The translations under genes were made by a program, and so were the position numbers. Positions 19,841 through 28,579 of a stretch of 64,000 nt of DNA are shown one piece after another. The stretch is taken from assembly GCA_034722245.1 (NCBI GenBank), contig JAYENT010000091.1, forward strand, positions 51,492 through 115,491, in the 5' to 3' direction. How positions within the stretch are numbered: the first letter of the stretch is position 1; each line of letters opens with the position of its first letter. The notes below the pieces were generated by a model. The model saw only the letters and a list, made by a program, of their open reading frames with translations, did not search any database and was not told the DNA's origin. Source of the DNA: Chloroflexota bacterium. GTDB lineage: Bacteria > Chloroflexota > Anaerolineae > UBA1429.

Positions 19841-20920
19841 CTACCACATATTGGCCCCGCAGCTATCACGCACCACAAGTTCGCCCGACACGACGGTGCT
19901 TCTCACTGCCCTACCCGACAACAGATCGCCCGTCATGGAGGCGGCCGCCCGTCCCAGACGCTCCCAATCGAAGCGAAAGGCGGTAAGCGCTGGGTGGAGC
20001 AAGGGGGCGAATTCGGAGTCACCCAGAGCGACCACGGCCACGTCCTGGGGGCACCGAAGCCTCATATCGCGCAGGGCGAGCAGGGCTTCCGCCGCGCGCC
20101 TGGCCGATGCACACACCAGCGCTGTGGGATGATCAAGTTCCGCGAAAATGCCCTCGAATTGCCGCCTGCCCTCCTCCGATGACAATGACCAGCAAGACGC
20201 CCATTCCAGGGGGAAATCCAATCTCTCTTCCCACAGGGCCTCTGCAAAGCCATGATAGGGAAGCCAGCCCTCAATGTGAGAGGGATTCCCTCCCGCATAG
20301 GCCAGACGCTCGTGCCCGAGATCCAGAATATGCCGCGTCAGCGCCCGCATGCCCGCTTCCTCATCCATCACGATGGCAGGAATATCCAGCCCCTCTATAT
20401 CGCGCAAAAGAAAGAGGACGGGCAGATCCAGCCCTTCCAACAGCTGCTCATACCGCTCTGCCAGATCACCCTCCTCGCCAGCCACTGTGAGCAAAAGGGC
20501 ATCGGCGTCGCGGACCGCCGCTCGCAACCATGGCGCTGCTTCCTCCCATATCTCATCGGGGGAAAAGGCGAGATGCACCGAGATGCGCTCCTGGGCAAGC
20601 CAGCGGGCCAGGGGGCGCAGCATCGGCGTCGTCAGGTGATCAAGGTCGGGAACTACCACGACCACGGACGCGATCTCCCCCTCGCCCACACCCTCGCTTA
20701 CGAACCATCCCACGCCGTGTCGGCTATAGACGCGATCCATGTGTTCCAATTCGCGCAGAGCACGCCGCACCGTGATCTGACTTACCTCATAGGTGTCACA
20801 GAGTTCCCGCTCGCTGGGCAGTTTTTCACCACAATGCAGTTCGTATGCATCGATCTTGGCTGTGATATCGTCTGCAACTTGCCAGTACAGCGGCTTGGAT
20901 CGCTCATGGCGACGTCTCAC
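19841..20920 (-). CDS. Transcriptional regulator with a GntR-type HTH N-terminus and a LacI/periplasmic-binding-protein sugar-binding C-domain (AraR-like architecture)
   Basis: N-terminal KLPSERELCDTYEVSQITVRRALRELE is a GntR HTH; the remainder (VVVVPDLDH...LLLTVAGEE...ALVCAS) resembles a LacI/PBP-type ligand domain. Starts 48 nt after the GH57 gene stop. Confidence 0.65.
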   Translation of the reverse strand: MRRRHERSKPLYWQVADDITAKIDAYELHCGEKLPSERELCDTYEVSQITVRRALRELEHMDRVYSRHGVGWFVSEGVGEGEIASVVVVVPDLDHLTTPMLRPLARWLAQERISVHLAFSPDEIWEEAAPWLRAAVRDADALLLTVAGEEGDLAERYEQLLEGLDLPVLFLLRDIEGLDIPAIVMDEEAGMRALTRHILDLGHERLAYAGGNPSHIEGWLPYHGFAEALWEERLDFPLEWASCWSLSSEEGRRQFEGIFAELDHPTALVCASARRAAEALLALRDMRLRCPQDVAVVALGDSEFAPLLHPALTAFRFDWERLGRAAASMTGDLLSGRAVRSTVVSGELVVRDSCGANMW

Positions 20921-20968
20921 AAGGCTCCTCCTCTGATAAGCACCATCCGAACCACGGCTTGCCGGCGT

Positions 20969-22735
20969 CTAACTGGCCTCCCCCTGGCGCTCCTCAAACC
21001 AACGATAATCTATATCGGGAAAGACCTTGTCCAATTCATAGAATTCATCGACGGTATCGCGAGAGATCGCGGAAGCGCCCCCCTCAAGCATGTCAGCCAA
21101 CTGCTGGAAACGCTGCAGGTGACTACGGAAGCGCCTGGTGGCATACTCCTTCGCCTGCCCCGTGGTCACCAAAAAAGGCCAATCGCTCGATTGCAACAAT
21201 AGCAACTCGCGGCCCGCCTGATTCAGCGCTGCTAGCAGATCGTCCTCTGCATGGGGATACGAACGGACCAAACGTTCCATGCGGTGCTCGGCCTCGTGAA
21301 TCGGTTCCCACATCCAATGGGTATCAGGGTTATCCCACGTCCAGTGGCCTCCACCAAGGCCCCAGGAGCTCTCAGGAAGCGCCACGACCTGGTCGGGCGG
21401 CTCGCGATCCAGATACTCACTGGTTGTCAAAAGATCGACGTGGGGATTATCGGCAAGTTGACGCAGAACCCGCTCGATCCAACGAACCCCCTCGAACCAC
21501 CAATGCCCAAACAGTTCGCTATCATAGTTGGCAGAGACGATGCCGTAATGCCCCTGCTCCGCATGATGGGCTCGCAGAAGATCCTCTACAAGCCCGCAAA
21601 AGTGGGCGGCGTGTTCCCTCACCCTGTACGCGGCCCAATCGGGATGATAGAAATCCTTCTCTCCCAGGCCTGCTTCGGCGCTCGTCACACGCCAGTACTG
21701 GAGGCCGCTTCTTTCATCCTTCTTATGGAATTCGCGATAGTCAGCATCCCCTGGATAACCAAAATCCCCGGACCAGACCTGCTGCCCGACGCGTTCATTG
21801 CGTCCAATAACGGCCACAGGGGGCTCAGTCAGCCCCTTGGCATCGGCCACATAGTAGGCACGGAGGGTGGTTCCCTCTGTCACCTCCCTCTCTTCCCCCT
21901 GCCGCGGAACGTAGCGCCTCTTGATGGCAGCATAGGGCCCGATGCCAACGTCCCCCGCTGCTCTCCCCACAGGACGCCCCCCTTCCACGGCGTGCGTTTC
22001 GGCAAAGAAACAGGTAAGGCCCAGAGAAGCTAGAAAGGCTTCAAGCCCGGGGCGCACCACATTGTTCTGATCCAGATAGGTCGGACGATAGGCACATTCG
22101 GGAAGCCATATGGCCCGTGGGCGCCTATCGAAATGCCTCTCGTAGGTGGCAATGCCCGTGCGAAGCTGGGCATAAATCGAGGAATCCCGGCTCAGAAGAG
22201 GCAAATAGCCGTGGGTCGCGGCGGATGTGATCATCTCCACGTACCCCTTATCCTGCAAGCGCTTAAAGGCCCCCACAACGTCCTTCCCAAAGCGCTGGCA
22301 AAAGCTCTGTTCTACCCCCCTGTAGAAAGCCTGGTAATAGGCAGCCAACGACTCCAGGTGTTCCTGTCCTTGCTGGCCAAAGCGCTCCACGTCCTGCTCG
22401 GCCGCCTCGACCTTCTCATGCAAGTAATGCACGAACCGCCCTTTCACGCCATCATCATCCAATTGCTCCGTTAACACGGGCGTGAGGCTTACGGTCAGTC
22501 TATAGTCTATTCCCTCTTCCCTCAGATTGTACAAGGCGTCCAACAGAGGGACATAGGTCTCGGCGAGGGCCTCGTGAATCCACTCTTCGCCGTGAGGCCA
22601 CCTACCCGCCAAACGACAATATGGCAAATGGCTGTGCAGGACAAAGGAGAAAGCGCCTGCGCTCTCTTGGCTGGTCATCTCTCTCGACCTCCTAGCATAA
22701 TAGCGAACTGCCACCGAACGTTGGCCGTTTCCCAT
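20969..22735 (-). CDS. Glycoside hydrolase family 57 protein (1,4-alpha-glucan branching enzyme-like)
   Basis: FSFVLHSHLPYCRLAGRWPHGEEWIHEALAETYVPLL matches the GH57 N-terminal catalytic region; the true start is possibly the internal M at about 22678. Confidence 0.7.
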   Translation of the reverse strand: MGNGQRSVAVRYYARRSREMTSQESAGAFSFVLHSHLPYCRLAGRWPHGEEWIHEALAETYVPLLDALYNLREEGIDYRLTVSLTPVLTEQLDDDGVKGRFVHYLHEKVEAAEQDVERFGQQGQEHLESLAAYYQAFYRGVEQSFCQRFGKDVVGAFKRLQDKGYVEMITSAATHGYLPLLSRDSSIYAQLRTGIATYERHFDRRPRAIWLPECAYRPTYLDQNNVVRPGLEAFLASLGLTCFFAETHAVEGGRPVGRAAGDVGIGPYAAIKRRYVPRQGEEREVTEGTTLRAYYVADAKGLTEPPVAVIGRNERVGQQVWSGDFGYPGDADYREFHKKDERSGLQYWRVTSAEAGLGEKDFYHPDWAAYRVREHAAHFCGLVEDLLRAHHAEQGHYGIVSANYDSELFGHWWFEGVRWIERVLRQLADNPHVDLLTTSEYLDREPPDQVVALPESSWGLGGGHWTWDNPDTHWMWEPIHEAEHRMERLVRSYPHAEDDLLAALNQAGRELLLLQSSDWPFLVTTGQAKEYATRRFRSHLQRFQQLADMLEGGASAISRDTVDEFYELDKVFPDIDYRWFEERQGEAS

Positions 22736-22813
22736 GGGAAGGCAGACAATACAAATCGCCTCTCCGCCACACGCCTTGCGACAGGGGGTGACGACAGAAC
22801 GTGGCCGGCAGAA

Positions 22814-24298
22814 TCAGGAAAGTGTGATCCTAAAGACCGTGATAGACGCCGGCGCAAAGGTATGATGCCACCCCGCGCCCCCAACGTCAAGGGAAACCGT
22901 CTTGGGCGTGACCTGTGCAGGTTCCTCGAAGGTGTTATGAGCGTGGATGTCGGGAGCCGACAATACTGACACGGCAGCCTCGCCGGCCCGCTCTCCCCGC
23001 AGCACGATATCGGCGGACAGGGGCATATCGACGTTGTAGTTCGTCACGCTGAGGGTAAGCACGCCATCCTTAACCGAGGCCGAGCCCTGTAGATTGGGGA
23101 CCTGAGCCTCACCCTCCGGGCCCGAGAAGCTGATGGGGTCGGTCTCAGAGATGAGGCGTAGGCTCTTGCCACCCTGGTGGGACTTGTACATCTCGTAGAC
23201 GTGATAGGTCGGGGTGGTAAGCATATGCTCTTCCTCCGTAAGGATCATGGCCTGCAGCACGTTAACCGTCTGGGCTATATTGGCCATGATCACCTTGTCA
23301 GCATGGCGGTTAAAAATGTCCAATGTGGAGGCGGCGACCATGGCGTCGCGAAGGGTGTTCTGCTGCCACAGATGCCGTGGATGCCGCCCCGGCGCGGGAG
23401 GATGCCACGTCCCCCACTCATCCACGATCAGCCCGATCTGCCGTTGCGGATCATAGCCGTCCATGATGGCCCGCTGCTGCTTGATCAGCGGCTCCATCTG
23501 CAGGGCGCGGTGGAGTAGCGTGTACCATTCATCAGTCGTGTACTCTGTAGCGGTGCCGGCTGTCCGACAGTAGTAGTGGGTCCCAAAACCGTGGATCCGA
23601 TCATAGTCACCCAGAGCCTCAAAGAATCGATGCGTCCACTCGGCATCATTGCCACTGGAACCGCAAGCCACCAAAAAGAGGGGTGTCTCCCCAAAATCCC
23701 GAAGGTAGGTGGCAAAGCGTCTGAACTGGACCGCATATTCGTCGCCACGGAAATGCCCGCCACATCCCCAGTTCTCGTTCCCCACCCCCCAATAGTGCAC
23801 GCCAAAGGGGTCGGCAGAGCCATTGGCGCGGCGCAGCGCCGCGAGGGTACTATCACCGGAGAAGTTGCAGTATTCCACCCAATCCCGCAACTCTCGGGGC
23901 GTACCGCTGCCCACGTTGCCGCAGATATAGGGTTCGGCGCCGATGAGGCGGCAGAAGCGCAGGAACTCGTGGGTGCCAAAGGCGTTGGTCTCAATCGTCT
24001 TCCCCCACCAGATGTTGACGCGTCGCGGGCGGTTTTCCCGAGGGCCCACGCCATCTTGCCAGTGGTAGTCATCCGCAAAGCACCCTCCAGGCCAGCGCAC
24101 GACGGGGGGATCGATCCGCTTCAACGCCTCGATTACGTCAGCACGGATCCCTCCCGCATTGGGAATCGGCGAATCCTCGCCCACCCATATCCCGCCATAG
24201 ATACAGGCGCCAAGATGCTCGGCAAAGTGACCGTAAATATTGGGGTTGATCACTGCGATGGGCTCGTCCAGACAAACTGTCATACGGCTCTCAGGCAT
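22814..24298 (-). CDS. abfA: Alpha-L-arabinofuranosidase, GH51
   Basis: 494 aa; NPNIYGHFAEHLG...RWPGGCFADDYHW...GVGNENWGCGG is the GH51 catalytic-domain signature. Confidence 0.85.
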   Translation of the reverse strand: MPESRMTVCLDEPIAVINPNIYGHFAEHLGACIYGGIWVGEDSPIPNAGGIRADVIEALKRIDPPVVRWPGGCFADDYHWQDGVGPRENRPRRVNIWWGKTIETNAFGTHEFLRFCRLIGAEPYICGNVGSGTPRELRDWVEYCNFSGDSTLAALRRANGSADPFGVHYWGVGNENWGCGGHFRGDEYAVQFRRFATYLRDFGETPLFLVACGSSGNDAEWTHRFFEALGDYDRIHGFGTHYYCRTAGTATEYTTDEWYTLLHRALQMEPLIKQQRAIMDGYDPQRQIGLIVDEWGTWHPPAPGRHPRHLWQQNTLRDAMVAASTLDIFNRHADKVIMANIAQTVNVLQAMILTEEEHMLTTPTYHVYEMYKSHQGGKSLRLISETDPISFSGPEGEAQVPNLQGSASVKDGVLTLSVTNYNVDMPLSADIVLRGERAGEAAVSVLSAPDIHAHNTFEEPAQVTPKTVSLDVGGAGWHHTFAPASITVFRITLS

Positions 24299-24514
24299 AG
24301 CTCCGTCCTCCTTCCCTCATGTGGATGCATTTTACCGCAAACGAGACAAAGATCAAGCCGATGCGGTCCAAAGACGGTTACCCTGGGAAAGGGACAGTTG
24401 AAGGGAATATGGCGCTGCCCTTTGTCGCTGCTATCGTCCGGTGTTATACTCTCGTTATATATACGGCATGTCCAAGCTGAAGCTGGAGTCTTAGCTTGCC
24501 CGGTGGAACCCTTT

Positions 24515-26251
24515 ATGTTAGAGCCCGATACCCTGCTTGCAGACAAATACAGGATTATCTCCGTCATTGGAGAGGGAGGCTATGGCAAGATCTACCTCGG
24601 CTTCGATGAGAGGATGGAACGCCACGTGGCCATAAAAGAATTACTACACGATAAAGCCAAGGTGTCCCCCGACGCGTGGCAGAGTCATCGGGCGCGCTTT
24701 CAGAATGAGGTGCGCACGGCGAGCCAGTTCAGGCACCCCAATATTGTGGCCGCGTACGACCTGGAGACCGATCCCAACGAAAACATGTACCTGGTAATGG
24801 AGTATGTCGACGGCGGCAGCCTGCAAGAGCGCCTAAAAGACGGGGAATCCCTGGACATAGAGCGAGCCGTAAGTATAGCCGCCGATATCTGCAAGGCGAT
24901 TGAGGGCATTTATCGACGCGACATCGTCCACCGCGACATCAAACCCAGCAACATTCTGATTAACCAGGAGGGGGTGGCCAAACTCACCGACTTTGGCGTG
25001 GCTCAGGTGGGCCGCGAGATGCGCAGGACACAAGAGACCTTTGCCCATCCTGGCAGCCCTGCATACAAATCGCCAGAGCAGGCCACTTCCACAGCGTATC
25101 TGGATCAGCGCTCGGATCTCTATTCCCTGGGCCTTGTGCTTTACGAGATGCTGACGGGCCACCTCTACGTGAGAAATCGCGTCCCTCCGAGCCAACAGAG
25201 CAGGCGCGTGCCCCCAGCCCTCGATGCCGTGGTCATGAAGGCGCTTGAGCAAGATCCGTCAAAACGCTACCAATCGGCCAGCGACATGCTAGTTGACCTG
25301 CAAAGTATTTATGAGGAGAATACGTGGGCGCAGCTACAGATCGTCCTGGGCAGACTGTCCTCGAGGCGTATGCTCAGCATCATTGGCGCACTCTTGCTGT
25401 TGTTTTCGTTTGTGGGCTTTAATCAACTGGGAAACAGCTTTGCAAAGAAGGGAGCTTTGCCCGCCGAAATTGCCGCCCCGGGCGACATGATGCCCTCGCC
25501 CACATCATTGCAGACTTCCGAGCCCCGGATGATGGTCGCTGCAGTGGAAACCTCCATCCCCTCCCCCACGACGGAGCAGACCGACAGCACAGCCGGTGAT
25601 AGCTATGAGCCTGACGACGAGGCGCCGGCACCCATATCCGTCGGCGAAACACAGGAGCGCACCTTTGCGCCTGAGGGAGATACGGATCGCGTCACCTTTC
25701 GCACCAAGGCCGGACAGACCTATATGATAACAACGGCCAACCTGGCCGTCGGCGTCGATACACAGATCGAGGTGGTAGCAGGTGGCCAGAAATGGACGAA
25801 CGACGATATATCCCCGGGCACGCTTGCCTCTGAGGTCGTATTCACCGCAGAGGAGGACAACACGGCGGTGGTCAGCATCCATAACGCCGACCGATATGGG
25901 CCGGAGCGAAGCTACAGCCTGAGCCTGACGTTGCTTCCCCCCACGCCGAGCCCTACGGCGACGCCCAGCCCGACAGCGGAGGAAGCCACCTCTACGCCGC
26001 GCCCCACCTTTACCCCCAGACCCACGTTCACGCCGCGTCCCACCCGGACACCCACCCCGACACGCACCCCAAAGCCGACGCGAACTCCCAAGACCACGAA
26101 GACCTACACGCCCACACCCACGAAGACCTGCACTCCCACACAGCAGCCTGAGACCTCACCAACGACGACACCGGGCACCGAAGCTACCAACACCCCGCTC
26201 CCTGATCGCACGCCTCTGCCAGTGTGCACAAAAAGCCCGCCGGTACAATAG
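24515..26251 (+). CDS. Ser/Thr protein kinase with a single TM helix and an extracytoplasmic domain ending in a Pro/Thr-rich repeat tail
   Basis: Hanks kinase motifs GEGGYGKIY...VAIK, HRDIKPSNIL, DFG and SPE; TM segment LSIIGALLLLFSFVGF; tail PRPTFTPRPTFTPRPTRTPTPTRTPKPTRTPK. The real start is at MLEPDTLLADKY (24515); the longer ORF-track N-terminus overlaps abfA on the other strand. Confidence 0.85.
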   Translation: MLEPDTLLADKYRIISVIGEGGYGKIYLGFDERMERHVAIKELLHDKAKVSPDAWQSHRARFQNEVRTASQFRHPNIVAAYDLETDPNENMYLVMEYVDGGSLQERLKDGESLDIERAVSIAADICKAIEGIYRRDIVHRDIKPSNILINQEGVAKLTDFGVAQVGREMRRTQETFAHPGSPAYKSPEQATSTAYLDQRSDLYSLGLVLYEMLTGHLYVRNRVPPSQQSRRVPPALDAVVMKALEQDPSKRYQSASDMLVDLQSIYEENTWAQLQIVLGRLSSRRMLSIIGALLLLFSFVGFNQLGNSFAKKGALPAEIAAPGDMMPSPTSLQTSEPRMMVAAVETSIPSPTTEQTDSTAGDSYEPDDEAPAPISVGETQERTFAPEGDTDRVTFRTKAGQTYMITTANLAVGVDTQIEVVAGGQKWTNDDISPGTLASEVVFTAEEDNTAVVSIHNADRYGPERSYSLSLTLLPPTPSPTATPSPTAEEATSTPRPTFTPRPTFTPRPTRTPTPTRTPKPTRTPKTTKTYTPTPTKTCTPTQQPETSPTTTPGTEATNTPLPDRTPLPVCTKSPPVQ

Positions 26252-26332
26252 CGACGTCACACCAACTACCTACCCTTACACGCAGAGGACGAATCGCCAC
26301 GCTGGTGGAAAGCGCCCAGACGAGAGCTATGG

Positions 26333-26563
26333 CTAGACAGTGTCCTGGTCGGTCTCGCCTTCCATCTCGGACAGCACCTCCGTTATCTTGAGCTCGGCGG
26401 CATCCAGCTTCTGGCCACAGTGTCTTGCCAACTGCATCCCCTCTTCGTAGAGACTCACGGACTCATCCAAACTGAGCGCCCCTTCCTCCAGTTCTTGGAT
26501 GATCTCCTCCAGTCGTTGGTACGTGTCCTCAAAACTGAGCGTCTCCAACTCTCGCTTGTCCAT
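26333..26563 (-). CDS. xseB: Exodeoxyribonuclease VII small subunit
   Basis: 76 aa; LSFEDTYQRLEEIIQELEEGALSLDESVSLYEEG is the typical XseB sequence. Confidence 0.85.
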   Translation of the reverse strand: MDKRELETLSFEDTYQRLEEIIQELEEGALSLDESVSLYEEGMQLARHCGQKLDAAELKITEVLSEMEGETDQDTV

Positions 26564-26629
26564 AGGAAAACCTATCCCTCCCCAAATAGTCTACGATAAC
26601 ATTATGTAAAATATAAGCTCACGTCCTTT

Positions 26630-27853
26630 TTATGGCCTTTGATCCCCTTCTGTACGCTCCACAATGCGGGTGACCTCCGCCCCCAAGTTTCCATCCTGCA
26701 AGTAGATGTCCAAAAGGGATCCCTCGCTCGTCTGCCGCACGCTCTGAATCCTATCGCCAGAGACTGGATCCTGCACTACGGCGTATCCCCGCTTCATAAC
26801 CAAGTAAGGATGCAGAGCCCTCAGACTGGCTCTACACCTATCGAGATCCATCCTCTTTGTCTTGATCAACCGTGCCAGCGCGGCCCTGGCCCGCGCCACG
26901 AGATCGTCCACCCGCTGACGTTCCTGGGCCAATGTCCTCCTCGGATCGTGGGAACGCAACAGGTGTTTCTCCCGCTCCAAGCGCTCTCGCCATCGTGCAA
27001 TCCTGTCCATGACAAGTGCCGTCAAGGTCTGCACCATGTCCTCAACTTGGTTTTTCAACTCCCGACCATCTGGGACGACGGCCGCTGCGGCCGTGGACGG
27101 CGTCGGCGTTCTCAAATCGGCACAAAAGTCCGTGATGGTGAAATCCGTCTCGTGCCCCACGCCCGAGACGATGGGTACCTTGAAGGTTGCCACAGCGCGG
27201 GCCACGCGCTCATCGTTAAAAGCCCACAAATCCTCTATGGAGCCGCCACCGCGCGCGATGATAGCCGCGTCCAGGCCCTCCACCTGACCCAGCCGCCTCA
27301 ACGCGCGCACGAGAGCCTCCGGTGCCTCGTTGCCCTGCACTAGGCTGGGAGACAATACTACCTCCACGAGAGGATAACGCTCTCGAAGCACGTTGAGGAT
27401 GTCCCGCAGTGCTGCCCCCGCCGACGATGTAACCACGCCGATGCGACGAGGCCAAGCGGGGAGCGAGCGTTTGCGGCTCTCGTCGAACAATCCCTCGGCC
27501 TCCAGACGCGATTTCAGCTCGAGAAACTGTTGCCAACGAAGGCCCATCCCACCCTGATTCATCGTATCCACATAGAATTGGTAGGCACCGCGCTGTTCGT
27601 ATACGGACACGTAGCCGTGAGCGTCCACGGCATCTCCCTGGGCTGGCGACCAGGGAAGATTACGGGCATCTTGACGCCACATCACGCAGCGAATTTCCGC
27701 TTCGCTGTCTTTCAAGCTAAAGTAACAGTGTCCAGAGGTGGCGCGGGTGAAATTCGAAATCTCACCTTCGATCCACAGGTCGTTCAACGCCTCATCTGCA
27801 TCGATGAGCGCCTTGATATGACGGGTTACTTCACTTACGGATTTCACTCGCAT
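26630..27853 (-). CDS. xseA: Exodeoxyribonuclease VII large subunit (apparently leaderless)
   Basis: MRVKSVSEVTRHIKALIDAD...LWIEGEISNF... has an OB-fold N-terminus and the XseA catalytic region. An extended -10 TGcTATAAT (27860-27868, reverse strand) sits 6 nt upstream of the ATG at 27853; the alternative ORF-track start is 27880. Confidence 0.85.
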   Translation of the reverse strand: MRVKSVSEVTRHIKALIDADEALNDLWIEGEISNFTRATSGHCYFSLKDSEAEIRCVMWRQDARNLPWSPAQGDAVDAHGYVSVYEQRGAYQFYVDTMNQGGMGLRWQQFLELKSRLEAEGLFDESRKRSLPAWPRRIGVVTSSAGAALRDILNVLRERYPLVEVVLSPSLVQGNEAPEALVRALRRLGQVEGLDAAIIARGGGSIEDLWAFNDERVARAVATFKVPIVSGVGHETDFTITDFCADLRTPTPSTAAAAVVPDGRELKNQVEDMVQTLTALVMDRIARWRERLEREKHLLRSHDPRRTLAQERQRVDDLVARARAALARLIKTKRMDLDRCRASLRALHPYLVMKRGYAVVQDPVSGDRIQSVRQTSEGSLLDIYLQDGNLGAEVTRIVERTEGDQRP

Positions 27854-28060
27854 GGCCCTATTATAGCACAAATTCATCACTTTTTGGGGGGCAATTTGGG
27901 ACCAATTTCAGGGGACGCCGGGGAGGAGGCACAAGGTTAATTCGCTTCTCGCCCCAATGGAAGGGAATCCCCTTGCTCATGGGCCCATTCCCATAAGAGG
28001 CAGAAAGGCGACGCCGGTGTATAATATGGACTGAGGCCAAAAGAGGGAAAGGATGGCGAT

Positions 28061-28426
28061 ATGTACAAAATCTGCGTCAGAAGACATTTCGACGCCGCGC
28101 ACGCACTGCGGGGCTATCGGGGCAAATGCGAGAACATGCACGGGCATCGATGGCAAATAGTCGCCTGCGTGGAACAGGCAGAACTCGATGACATTGGGCT
28201 GGCCTTTGATTTCACGCGCCTCAAAGAGGCTTTGGAGGCTGTATTGGAGGACTATGACCACCACAATCTAAACGAGATGCCCCCTTTTGATCAGCTCAAT
28301 CCCAGTTCAGAACATATCGCCAAAAGCATCTATGAACGGTTGCAGGAGCGGCTTCCCGAGGTTAAACTAGAATATGTGGAAGCTTGGGAATCCCCCGATG
28401 CCTGGGCCACCTACTATCCGCCCTAA
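28061..28426 (+). CDS. queD: 6-carboxy-5,6,7,8-tetrahydropterin synthase (QueD/PTPS family)
   Basis: 121 aa; CENMHGHRW...DHHNLNE is the PTPS Zn-binding (CxxxHGH) and catalytic pattern. Confidence 0.85.
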   Translation: MYKICVRRHFDAAHALRGYRGKCENMHGHRWQIVACVEQAELDDIGLAFDFTRLKEALEAVLEDYDHHNLNEMPPFDQLNPSSEHIAKSIYERLQERLPEVKLEYVEAWESPDAWATYYPP

Positions 28427-28579
28427 GACCTGCCAGCACTCTACTGCCACAGGTGACCTGTACAGCCAAAACCAACGGGCTTTTCAGAAAAAAGACGCTC
28501 TGCTAATCTCTGACTAACGCCTCGCTGGCTAGGTTCAAGGCATAAGTGCAAAGAGCAAGGTTGGGAATGGTGTCCTGTC

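Noticed and set aside
23576-24514. Long N-terminal extension of the kinase ORF (891 aa in the ORF track)
   Set aside because: The extension overlaps abfA on the opposite strand and is low-complexity; the kinase catalytic domain begins right after ATG 24515, which has an upstream promoter-like TATACT.
25912-26097. Repetitive VGVRVG peptide ORF on the reverse strand
   Set aside because: It is the reverse-complement reading of the kinase PT-rich coding repeats, not a gene.
27881-28060. preQ1 riboswitch upstream of queD
   Set aside because: There is no small hairpin followed by the conserved A-rich tail typical of preQ1-I in the 28-nt leader; only a promoter-like GTGTATAAT and an RBS were seen.
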